Source: Heterodontus francisci
Taxonomy: Eukaryota
NCBI RefSeq assembly: GCF_036365525.1
Contig: NC_090390.1
Location: 56,898,153 to 56,962,152 of the forward strand
DNA: 64,000 bases
Direction of reading: 5' to 3'
A program made the position numbers and the translations under genes. Shown here piece after piece: positions 52,185 through 63,670 of the stretch. The notes under the pieces were generated by a model, which saw only the letters and a list, made by a program, of their open reading frames with translations, ran no database searches and had not been told where the DNA came from. Each line of letters begins with the position of its first letter. Positions within the stretch are counted from its first letter, which is position 1.

Positions 52185-53133
52185 TGTTACGGCCAAGTGA
52201 GGGGTCGAAGGGCTTCCCTCTTTTCCCTTTCCTTGCTTGACCACAACAGGTTTAATTCTTTCTTAAAGTGGATGTACTGGCTAATTCAATAGGTGTTTGA
52301 TTACTTACTAGCTATGATTATAACAACAACCAATCGGATAGGTCTTCTTGAGTTAACAAAGAAAGAGGTTAACTTTATTGTACCTAAACCAAACTATAAA
52401 GATAATAAACAATACACCAACTTTCACTTACACAAATAGGTTACAGAATGGGGGAAGGTAGATTGGTTGAGTTAGAGCCCATAAAAAAAAGAGAATACAG
52501 TCTGTGAAGTTTGGTGATTTGGCTGGCTTCCAGCTGAATTCAGTGGTCTTAAGGTTTTTAGTTTGAAGAGGGAGATGACTGGTTCAATGAGACTCTTGGA
52601 GATAGCGATGCAGATGATTTCCTCCAACAGAGTTTCTGATTGTGGCTGGAGTATGCAAAGGTCAACAAGCAGGATTTGAAAGCTTTCAAACTAGAATGGG
52701 GAGAGAAAGAGAGGGACCCCCACTTAGGGTCTGGTCTGCTCATGTCAGAGTTGAGTTACTTCTCCTCTGCTACAGAGAAAAACACCAGCTTAAAACCACA
52801 GGTGGGAAGGGGCTTGTCACATGACAGTCACTCAGTGATTCAGATGTAGCAGTGAGCAGTATTTCTCTGCTTTCTGGAAAGGAAAAGAATAAGCAGTTCC
52901 TTTAAACTTCCTGGGTCTTGGTTCTTGCTGGGTTATGCAGCCATTTCATTTCCCTGCTCACAGTCCTTTGCAATGTAGGATGCAAAGTAGCAGACAATGT
53001 GATCATCTTAAGCTGCCAGAATTTATCCCTTTTTAAAATGTCTTTTAAAATTTTTTCCAAAAAAAAAGAAATCCAGATCTCCAGTCAGTGGGCCAAAGAA
53101 AATCATCAGTCAACAAGACACACCGGCGTAACA
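52185..53133. mobile_element. Solo LTR related to the element B LTR
   Basis: TGTTACG...CGTAACA termini, 4-bp TSD AGTT, segment GGTCTTCTTGAGTTAACAAAGAAAGAGGTTAACTTTATT resembles 37285-37323. Confidence 0.88.
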
Positions 53134-53448
53134 AGTTAAACTGTGGCGTAAAGAAATGTAGCTTCTGCTTAGCAGAATATATATAAACCTTGTCCTAAAT
53201 GTCTACAATTTGACTTGAGAAGCATCTCAGGATATCTGTTGTTACTATATATTGGCCCAGATTTTACTCTGTTAACACATCCAAGGCATAGGAATTCATG
53301 AACAGTGCAAAAGAAAGGAAATGATGAAAGAAGTGACTTGCATCAATCAATTTCACCCTGTATTTTCCAGGGTCTTCTGTTCCACTGTTGCCCTGGCTGA
53401 AAAGTGTTAGGTATTTATCATAGTTTTGCCTTCCCATTGAGATCAATG

Positions 53449-53560
53449 GCATACGAACATACGAATTAGGAGCAGGAATAGGCCACTCAGCCCTTCGAAC
53501 CATTCAATAAGTTAATGGCTGAACTGATTGCTCCACATTTCCACCTACCCCTGATAACCT
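53449..53560 (-). mobile_element. Short CR1 3'-end fragment
   Basis: CATACGAACATACGAATTAGGAGCAGG. Confidence 0.75.
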
Positions 53561-53854
53561 TGCACACCATTTATGTCAATTTTCACACTGCTGCCACTAG
53601 ACTTAAAAATAATGTTACTGGTGACCTCATAGCGGTGTGATAGTGATGTTATAATAAGGTGATCATATGTCCCCGTTTTCTGCGGATAGCTCCTGATTGT
53701 GCTACTGTATTCCTGGCAAACAACGTCCCTAGAAGAGTTCCCGGTTCACGATCCTCGTCCCCAAATACCCTAACTTAATTTCATGTGTTGGAATAGGTCT
53801 AATGCATAAGTAAGGTACAGCACGGAGTAATGTAGGTTGCCTTGGATAAAGGTT

Positions 53855-54445
53855 TTTTAATTCATTCGTGGGATGCGAGCCTCACTGGCTAGGCCAGCAT
53901 TTATTGCCCATCCCTAATTGCCCTTGAGAAGGTGGTGGTGAACTGCCTTCTTGAACTGCTGCAGTCCTTGGGGTGTAAGTACACCAACAGTGCTGTTAGG
54001 AAGGAAGTTCCAGGATCTTGACCCAGCGACAGTGAAGGAACGGTGATATAGTTCCAAGTCAGGATGGCATGTGGCTTGGAGGGGAACTTGCAGGTGGTGG
54101 TGTTCCCGTGCATCTGAGCCCTTGTCCTTCTAGGTGGTAGAGGTTGCGGGTTTGGAAGGTGCTGTCAGTGGAGCCTTGGTGAGTTGGTGCAGTGCATTTT
54201 GTAGATGGTACACACTGCTGTCACTTGGTGTCGGTGATGGAGGGAGTGAATGTTTGTCGAAGGGGTGCCAATCAAAGGGGGCTGCTTTGTCCTGGATGAT
54301 GTCGAGCTTCTTGAGTGTTGTTGGAGCTACACCCATCCAGGCAAGTGGAGAGTATTCCGTCACACTCCTGACTTGTGCCTTGTAGATGGTGGACAGGCAT
54401 TGGGGAGTCAGGAGATGAGTTACTCGCCACAGAATTTCTAGCCTC
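53855..54445 (-). mobile_element. CR1 family B 3' fragment
   Basis: EYSPLAWMG, IQDKAA; full family B tail. Confidence 0.9.
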
Positions 54446-54465
54446 TACTAACTTTAAATAAAAAG

Positions 54466-54880
54466 AAAAAAAGACTTGCATTTATATAGTGCTTTTTGCA
54501 ACCACCGAATGTCCAAAGTGCTTTATAGCCAATTATATACTTTTGAAGTGTAGTCACTGTTGTAATGTAGGAAACACAGCAGCTAATTTGCGTACAGTAA
54601 GCTCCCACAAACAGCAGTGTGATTATGACCAGATAATCTGTTTTTGTGATGATTATTAAGGGATGCATATTGGCCAGTACACCAGGGATAACTCCCCTGC
54701 TCTTCTTTGGAATAGTGCTGCATCCACTTGAACAGGCAGATGGGGTCTGGGTTTAACATCTCATCCAAAGGACAGCACCTCTGACAGTGCAGCACTGCAT
54801 CAGTACTTCACTGTAGTGTCAGCCTTGATTTCTGTGTTCAAGCCCTGGAGTAGGACTTGAACCCAGAACCTTGTGCCATA
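54466..54880 (-). mobile_element. DeuSINE (SacSINE1-like)
   Basis: Minus strand: B box GGTTCAAGTCC, Deu-domain-like CTTTGGATGAGATGTTAAACCCAGACCCCATCTGC, L2-type tail GCACTATATAAATGCAAG. Confidence 0.8.
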
Positions 54881-55379
54881 GAGGTAATTTGTTAAGAGAA
54901 AATTATCCTGAAATTTTCTATTATTGTTACTGTTGGCTCAAACATATATTGTATAGCACTATTGCAATTGCTGTAGCACAATGCTGACTGAATGATGTAT
55001 GATGTGGAACACACTGAGATTTGGTGTAAAGTGAAAATGACTGTTAACAAAGTGTTATTGCTGCATTAACAACAAGTTTCAAAAGGATTTTCCATATTCA
55101 TGACCCACTGGAAAAGAAACTTCTGTAGTATGTTCAATATGCCAATCAGTATCTTCCATTTTGTGTGGAAGCAGAATTACTATTAAAAAAACATAAAGCT
55201 CCTACTACGGCATGTGCTAGTTCAAGTTCTGTTACCAGTTTTGTTCTTTTTGCAAAGTTGAACCAGCACAGACTAGATCATATAGACGGTGGGTACGAAA
55301 AGCTGATGTTCCTGAACGGTGTTATTGCATTATTTCTAAACTGTCTGAATAGGCTTCAATAATGTGATGTCACAGCGTA

Positions 55380-55410
<31 letters not shown>

Positions 55411-57054
55411 GACATATATGTGCAAATGTTAAAAGATAGGCTGTTTTAAAAAAAAAAATACCTCGCTATGCTGCGCAACCTACATTTTCCATCCTGGCTA
55501 CTTTGCTGCGTTCCCACACTGCATGTCCCCGGATTTGGTTCAGAAAATACAGTCACTCTATAATACATTCACTGAATCAGGCATTTATCTTGTTAAATGA
55601 TGCTGAAAATAATTTTGAGCTCCTAAAGAATTCATTTCTTTTCAGAGTGCAAGGAACAACAATCTCTGAGCCAAAACTGTAGCACCGAATGATGATTTCA
55701 GTAAAGTATCTGAAGCTCAAGCAACAGGATTGTGATGTTTTGTGTAAAAAGAAATATCCATAAAACACCAGGGAGTCAGTTTGACTAACTGGTATACATT
55801 TATTAGCTCTTTCAGACTTCAAACTAAAAGTAGCTTCAGAGAAATCATTTAATGGTCATTCATACGAACATACGAATTAGGCGCAGGAGTAGTCCATTCG
55901 GCTCCTTGAGCCTACTTCACCGTTTGATAAGATCATGGCTGACCTGAATGTGGCCTCACCCCACTTTCCTGTCTGTCCCCCATAACCCTTGACTCCCTTG
56001 TTTATCAAGAATCTACCAAACTCGGCCTCGAATATGTTCAATGACCCAGCCTCTACTGCTTTCTGAGGAACCGAATTCCACAGACTAACAACTCTCTGAG
56101 AGGAAAAAAAATTATCCTCATCTCCATCTTAAATGGGAGACCCCTTATTTCTAAATTGTGTCCCCTAGTTTTCATCTTGCCCATAAGTGGAAACATTCTT
56201 CCAGCATCCACCCTGTCAAGTCCCCTCAGGATCTTCTATGTTTCAATAAGATCACCTCTCATTCTTCTAAACTCCAGTGGATACAGGCCCAACCTGTTTA
56301 ACCTTTTCTCATAAGATAACCCCTTCATCTCAGGAATCAGTCGAGTAAACCTTCTCTGGGTTGCATCTAATGCCATTTTATCCTTTCTTAAGTATGGAGA
56401 CCAAAACTGTGCACAGTACTCGAGATGTAGTCTCACTAAGGCCCTATACAGCTGTAGCAAAATTTCCCCTATTCTATTCTTTTTGCAATAAATGACAACA
56501 TTCCATTTGCCTTCCTAATCACTTGCTGTACTTTTTTATGATTCAGGACTCCAAGATGTCTCTGTACTGCAGAGTTCTGCAGTCTCTCTTCATTTAAATA
56601 ATTTGCTTTTCTATTCTTACTGCCGCATTGGACATTTTCCCACATTATACTGCATCTGCCAAATTTTTGCCTAGTTACTTAACCTATCTATATCCCTTTG
56701 CAGATTCTTTATGTCCTGTTGACAACTTAACCTTCCTACCTATCTTTCTGTTCTGCAAATTTAGCTACGATACATTCGGTCCCTTCATCAAGTTATTGAT
56801 GTAGATTGCAAATAGTTGAGGCCCCTTGTGACACTCCTAGTCACATCCTGCCAAGCTCAAAATGATCCATTTATCCCTACTCTCTGCTTCCTGTTGGCTA
56901 ACCAATCCTCTATCCATGCTAATATGTTACCCTCTACACCTTGAACTCTTACTTTGTGTCATAACCTTTGATGTGGCGCCTTATCAAATGCCTTTTGGAA
57001 ATCCAAGTACACCTTATCTACTGGTTCCCCTTTATCTTTGTTGCTTGTTACTTC

Positions 57055-57823
57055 TGTCCCTTGATGCAGAGCTCGATACATGCACAGGGAAAGCAGCTAC
57101 CATCTTTGGCCGACTTGCAAAACACACATGGGATAACACCAAGCTGACCCTTAGAACCAAGATGCTGGTTTATGAGGCCCGTGTTCTCAGCACCTTGCTG
57201 TATGGCTGTGAAACATGGGCGACTTACAGCTACCAGGAAAAGAAGCTCAATAATTTCCATTTTCGCTGTCTGTGGTGCATTATGGGTATATCCTGGCAGG
57301 ACAAAATCACAAATGCAGCAGTCCTCTCAAAGGCAGAGCTCCTAAGTGTGCTGGCACTAATCAAACAGAGGTGGCTTCTATGGATCGGACAGAATGGAAG
57401 ACGATCGCATACCCAAGGATCTTCTATATGGTGAGGTAGCCAGGGCCAGACGACCAGTGGCGCGCCCAAAGCTTCACTTCAAGGATGCTTGCAAGCATGA
57501 CATGAAGGCCCTAAATGTCGACTGTCACACTTGGGAGTCACCAGCTGTCAAAAGAGGGAAATGGTGACACATCCTGTGGACTGATGTGCACTACCACGAT
57601 GACCAGTTGCTGCAGCAGCTTGGCAACAGGCGCCAATGTCAAAAACAACAACTCATGCTGTCATGTTAGCAGCTTCACCTGCAGCACTTGTGGTAGAACC
57701 TGCCTTTCGAGGATTGGCCTTCACAGCCATTAGCAAAGGTGCACCAAGAGAAGACAACCCACCTAAATGGATTGTTTGCTGCGTGCCCATCATCTTTCAT
57801 AAATGGAAGGATGCTAACAACAG
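57055..57823 (+). mobile_element. Older RTE-clade 3' fragment
   Basis: VLSTLLYGCETW, ISWQDKITN, CSTCGRTCLSRIGLHSH; short AAC tail; TSD TGTTACTTC/TGTTAGTTC. Confidence 0.88.
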
Positions 57824-57920
57824 TGTTAGTTCCGCAAAGAACTCTAATAAATTAGTCAAGCACGCTTTCCCTTTCACTAAACCATGTTGACTCTGCCTGA
57901 TTGCATTTGATTTTCTAAAT

Positions 57921-58087
57921 AAAAACAGAAAGTGCTGGAAATACTCAGCAGGTCCAGCAGCATCTGTGGAGCGAGAAACAGAAATAATATTTCAGGTCTG
58001 TGACTGATGCTGCCAGACCTTTTGAGTATTTCCAGCACTTTTCTGTTTATATTTCAGATTTCTAGCATCTGCAGTATTTTGCTTTTA
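57921..58087. mobile_element. Penelope-type mini-element with inverted 5' half
   Basis: ACAGAAAGTGCTGGAAATACTCA ... TGAGTATTTCCAGCACTTTTCTGT inverted pair; TSD TGATTTTCTAAAT/TGATTTTCCAAAT. Confidence 0.75.
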
Positions 58088-59075
58088 TGATTTTCCAAAT
58101 GTCCTGCTACAACTTGCTTAATAATGGATTCTAGCATTTTCCCTATGACAGATGTTAGGCTAACTGGCCTATAGTTTCTTGCTTTCTGTCTCCCTCCTTT
58201 CTGGAATAGAGATGTTACATTAGCTATTTTCCAATCTGCTAGGACCTTTCCAGAATCTAGGGAATTATGGAAGATCACAGCTAATGCATCTACTGTCTCT
58301 GCAGCCATTTACTTCTTTTAAAACCCTAGGGTGCAGGTCATCAGGTCCTGGAGACTTGTCTGCCTTTAGCTCCAATAGTTTTCCCAGTACCTTTTCCCTG
58401 GTGATTGTGATTGTTTTAAGTTCTTCCATATAAACTGGCTGTTTTTTTTCATTAAGTTTGAATAAACCCAACTGCTCAAAGGAAATTGCTCAATGAAAGT
58501 ATAACAAAATAGATGGAATGTAACACTAGCAAACCTCAAAATTCCAACTCATTTTTTTCTATAATTGTAGAAAGTGAAGAAGCTTAATGAAAATTACAAT
58601 CTAAAGTATTTTTTTAAAATGAAGCTGACGATCAATTTGTTCCAATTCTACAGGTTTACATTGGATTCAGTATTTAAAAAAAAAAAGTCCACATGAAGAA
58701 AATTGGAGATAGCCAATATTATTTATTTTCAAAAAACAAAATTCCTGTATTGGCCATTGACTGTGCCACTTCGGATTCACCATCATCCTTGCTGCGGCAT
58801 ACGCCGATCAATTTTCCACGATTGGAGCCTAAGCTGCTTAACATATGCAGTTCATCACCAAAATCGACAATCAGGGAAAATTTGGGCTACTATCTTGCAT
58901 CAATAATCCACAGCATCAGCTGCTGCAGTTACAGATAAAAACTACCTGAAGTGATTTTTTTTTTAACGGAACCTGTTCTTAGCACTTGGTTAAATTCTAA
59001 ACTTGTTATGATTCACTCTTGCAGTTTGTCTGTGGGAAATTGGGATCGATTGCCCTATTTTTTGGGTGCTACAAG

Positions 59076-59257
59076 CAATGTTTCCTCTAAGCTTCTCAGC
59101 TGTGCAGCAATTGGGAATGTGTCACACAGGAAGCAAACATGCACAAGCAACATTTTCTTTTAGATGCATGCCTGCTGAGTTATGCATAAGTCTTAAAGGG
59201 ACCGCACAGTGCAACAAGCTGGCCGCGCACAACAAACCGCAATTAGAGGAAACAATG
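59076..59257. mobile_element. hAT-type MITE, 182 bp
   Basis: TIR CAATGTTTCCTCTAA / TTAGAGGAAACAATG (14 of 15 match), 8-bp TSD GCTACAAG/GCTGCAAG. Confidence 0.85.
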
Positions 59258-60589
59258 GCTGCAAGTGCCCAAATTGGCATCCGTCATGTGTACACTTTTG
59301 GGGTCAATTGCACCAGACGCTATAATTGTTAGGCTATTAGTGTGCATGCAGCGAAATGCTAGCAGAAGTATGCAGAGCAGGCAGATCATGAAGTCAATCA
59401 GTATGCAATGCTGATTTAATACCAGCAGTGCCATTTTGGAGCTCAATGCACCATCTGATAACCTTGCACAGCTGAACCTTTATGCAGCATCTGGAAGGAT
59501 CCCTCCCACAGCCCTATTTAAAGGGAACATCAACTACTTACAAATTAGTCGCTGGTTGATTGCCTCTGACTGTTGCTTGGATTCAACAAGTTTTTGGTAC
59601 TTACTATAGTTGGTTCAAGTTGCAAAAGTCTACAGGGAGTGGTGTGGCAGGCACTGAAGGAATTTTTGCTGACTTTAAGACTTCTACACAAACCAGTTGC
59701 TCCCAGACATGGGTGCTCAAGTAGGCATTCCCCTGGAATACAGCATGAATTGGAGAATGAATAGTGGGCACACAGAGTAGGACAAGCTGCTGGAAGATGG
59801 AGGCTGGAGTGGGGTGGGGTGGGGAGAAGGGCTGTTAGCAGGAGGCCATATCCACTCAGTGGTCAGGGAGCAATTCTCCAATCTGAACCTCAATGACAAA
59901 CAATGTGCGAGACATCTGTGCTTCAGTAAGGACTCTTTTACTGAAATCTGTCATCTGATGCAGCTGCAGCTTTAGAGAAGGATAAGAATCATATTGTTTG
60001 TGGCTGTAAAGGTAATTTTTATGCATCTGGCTTCCTCCAGGCTGGATGCCATAGGCTTTTTGCAGGCATCACATGTCAACCCTGGAACTGAAAGGGATTT
60101 TACTCCCTCACCATCCAGCTGGTGTGGGACCATACACAATGGTCAATACCAGGTATCCTGGAAGCAGTCGTGATGCCTTCTTTCTGTGGCAGCCTGCAGT
60201 GCCAGCTGCATATGAGCCACCACACCAAACCAAAGGGTGGCTGACCACATGGCTGTTTCCAGTGTGCAACCCAAACACACACGCACAGCATACATATAAT
60301 TAAAACCACGCTGCCATAGAGCAGACCCTTGGCATAATGAAACAACGTTTCAGTTGCCTGGAGGAGTCCTGCAGTATTTAGCATGGCATGTGTCACGATT
60401 TATGGTGGTCTGCATGCTGCACAACCTTGCCATCATGAAGGGACACCCCTTGCCACCAGCTATATGGCGAGCAGCTGAGGAGCAGGAGGAAGTGAAAGAG
60501 AGAAAGCAAGCTAGACAGCCCCTTTCTGGCCAGGCTGTCCATGAAGAGTCTGATACCAGTGACCACAACAACAACTTGGCATCTTTAAT

Positions 60590-61950
60590 GTAATAAAACT
60601 TCCACAGGCACTTCACTGGACTGTTTTAAAGCAAAATTTGTCACCGAGCCACATTAGGAGATTTTAGGGCATGTGACCAAAAGCTTGGTCAATGAGAGGA
60701 GTTCTGAGGGGTGCCTTAAAAGGAGGAAAGAGAGATAGAAATGCAGAGAGGTTTAGGGAGGGAATTCCAGACTCAGGGCCTTGGTAGCTGAAGGTACAGC
60801 CAGCATTGGTGGAGCAATTAAAATCGGGGTTGCTCAAGAGGCCAGAATTAGAGGAATGCAGTATCTCGGATTGTTGTGCAGCTAGAGGAGATTATAGAGG
60901 TAGAGAGAGACAAGGCCATGGAGGGATTTGAAAATGAGGATAAGAATTTTAAAATCGAGACATTGCTTAACCATGAGCCTATGTAGGTTAGTGAGTAGAG
61001 AGCTGATGCATGAACAGGACTTGATATGAGTTAGGACAGGCAGCAATGTTTTCGAGGACCTCAAGTTTATGGATGGTAGACTGTTGGAGTAACCTTCCCA
61101 CACAGATTGTGCAAAAGTTAGCCCCTTTAAGTTTCTGCAGTTGCACGGCCCTGCAAAAATGTTTAAAGGGCCCGAGCAGTACAAGGAAAAAAAAATTAAA
61201 TTGCATGGGAGGCCAGACAGGAATAGTCATGTTTGGAGGTTGAAAAAAAAAAGAGCAGATAAATTGAGGCAGGAGTAGAGCCGGGTGATGTTACAGAGGT
61301 GGAAATAGATGCTCTTGGTGATGGCATGGATATGAGGTTGGAAGCCCCGTCTTGGGGTCAAATACAACACCAAGGTTGCGAACAGTCTGGCTCAGCCTCT
61401 AAACATTTGCCAGATAGATGGGTGGAGTTGATGGCAAGGGAACAGAGTTTGTAACCAAAGACAGTGGCTTATTCTTCCCAATATTTAGTTGGAGGAAATT
61501 CCTTTTCATCTGTACTGGATGTTGTGCTAGCAGTCTGGCAATTTAAAGAGAGTGGAGGGATCGACAGAGGTGATGGTGAGGTAGAGCTGGGTGTCATCAG
61601 TGTACATCTGGAAACTGATGCCGTGTTTTCAGATGATGTCACTGGGGAAAAGCATGTAGATGAGAAATACTAGGGGGACCAAGGAGAGATCCTTGGGGGA
61701 CACCAGAAGTAATAGTGCAGGAACGAGAATAGAAGCCATTGCAGGTGATTCTCTGGTTATCGTATGATAGATAAGAATGGAACCAAGTGAATGCAGTCTT
61801 ACCCAGTTGGATGACAGTGATGAGGCGTTGGAGGATTGTGTGGTCAGTGGTGTCAAAGGTTGAGAAGGATGAGGAGTCACACAGGATGTAATTTGTGACT
61901 TTGCTAAAAAGCCGTTTCTGTACCGTGGCAGGGGCAGAAGCTCCATTCGC
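60590..61950 (-). mobile_element. L2 LINE inserted in the Harbinger element
   Basis: FDTTDHTILQRL, WFHSYLS, GVPQGSLLGP, DFKILILIFKSLHGL. Confidence 0.88.
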
Positions 61951-63326
61951 CAACAGTCCCACAGCTTACCTTCCCTCTGCAACTGACTATTGCAGCTTGG
62001 CCACAATACAAAACTAAAAGCCATCACAAAATATACTTTCCAAAGAAGTAAATAATCACCCTTATTTATTTGCTTATTGCCCGTCTTCTATGTGCCTTTG
62101 CTGGTCCTCGTGCTTCTATGCAGTGCTACTGCATTGGCTGCAGAATGTCTGGTGGAAGGCTGCTGACTTACACTGGAGTAGACTGCAGATGGCAAATGAC
62201 TCTTGCAGCTCTGGACCTAGAAGTGCAGTCTGCTGCAGGCCTAACGTAGTATTCGAGGCAGTAGTCTGGGCTGGCTAATTGGGCAACAGCAAGGGCAGAT
62301 GTGGGAGAAGGAATACTGTTTTTCTGAGAGTGGGCATCAGGTTCGTGCTCCATGGAGCCATTGAATCCCCCACGCCCCCCCCCCCCCCCCGCCCCCTGGG
62401 AAATCCTAGGAATCTGTTGGAGGACAGAATACTGGACTGCTGTTAGAGCCTGCAAGCCCCTTTCCGTGCTGTAATCCACAGCCATAAGGACAATGGCCTG
62501 ACCTTGCATGACAGCAGTCTGAGTGGTCTGCAGTACTCAGACCTTGGGTGGCTGCTGCCTGTGCTGCAAGGCTGCGTTTGCTGACAATGTAACCACTAGG
62601 TGGCGCAGTACTTGCACATGCGCAAATGCAGGCTCTTCAATTGGAACATCAGCGTCTGAGACATTTAGGCAGCTGCCAGGGTTAAAGATGGCGCTGCTCA
62701 ATTTATCACAGACAGTGCTTATGACTAGATCGTTCTAGCAAACTAACCTTACATTAAATTGGATAGAAGCCCAGTAATATGCTACTATGTAGTTATAGGA
62801 TACTAAATGTAATCCTCAGATCCATTTAATATTCCAGTAATCCTATTAAATACAAAAGGAATTTTATGATTGAATTTCCATTGGAAGATAGTGAATTGGC
62901 ACCCTGATCAATGGAAAAGAAAATCGGGCAGGGTATAAAATGTGCTGCCAATTCGTTATCGTTTTTCGTTTATATGACTGACCAGGACTGATTTCACCTG
63001 AACGCAGCTACTACCCCACTGGCCGCTCTTCCCTCTTGGCAACTCGCTTTCTTCCCCACCCCCTCAGCCGCTCGCTCCAGACCTCACTGCTCACCCTCCA
63101 GCAAGCTGGCACCTATGCTACGCTTGTCTCCTGCACTGGCTGCAGACCACTTGTCTCTCACCACATGCAGATCCCACTTCTGTGCTATCCTCTAGATTAT
63201 GCTCAATGTCAGTATCTGAGGTAATGGCTGCAAGTGTGAAATCAAGTCATAGTGCATCTTTATCATCACTGACTTCTTAGGTATTCCTCTACTACCTGTG
63301 GAGATTGCAATTCTTGAGTATCTGAA

Positions 63327-63670
63327 ACAGTGGCGCAGTGGTTAGCACCGCAGCCTCACAGCTCCAGCGACCCGAGTTCCATTCTGGGTACTGCCTGTGT
63401 GGAGTTTGCAAGTTCTCCCTGTGTCTGCGTGGGTTTCCTCCGGGTCCTCCGGTCTCCTCCCACATGCCAAAGACTTGCAGGTTGATAGGTAAATTGGCCA
63501 TTAGCAATTGCCCCTAGTATAGGTAGGTGGTAGGGAAATATAGGGACAGGTGGGGATGTGGTAGGAATATGGGATTAGTGTAGGATTAGTATAAATGGGT
63601 GGTTGATGGTCAGCACAGACTCGGTGGGCCGAAGGGCCTGTTTCAGTGCTGTATCTCTAAACTAAACAAA
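63327..63670 (+). mobile_element. HE1-like V-SINE
   Basis: A box TGGCGCAGTGG, B box GAGTTCCATTC, V-domain, tail GGGCCGAAGGGCCTGTTTCAGTGCTG. Confidence 0.92.

Larger units (their letters stand above)
53655..55560. mobile_element. hAT-Blackjack-like deletion derivative with nested insertions
   Basis: Ends TAAGGTGATCATATGTCCCCG and AAATACAGTCACTCTA resemble TAGGGTGACC TIRs; CSICQSV BED-finger-like remnant near 55130; no clear TSD. Confidence 0.55.
55860..58430 (-). mobile_element. CR1 family A with nested RTE and Penelope-type insertions
   Basis: KSPGPDDLHPRVLKE, NYRPVSLTS, LVRLHLEYCAQFW; tail at 55860. Confidence 0.9.

Noticed and set aside
55689-55790. C/D box snoRNA (ATGATGA...CTGA)
   Set aside because: CTGA lies only about 15 nt after the C box; no terminal D box, terminal stem or recognisable rRNA guide
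56862-57434. 190-aa ORF as a functional fusion
   Set aside because: Antisense CR1 sequence running into a truncated RTE fragment
63327-63400. tRNA genes at SINE heads (also near 20060-20136, 35880-35965)
   Set aside because: A and B boxes continue into SINE bodies; no complete cloverleaf
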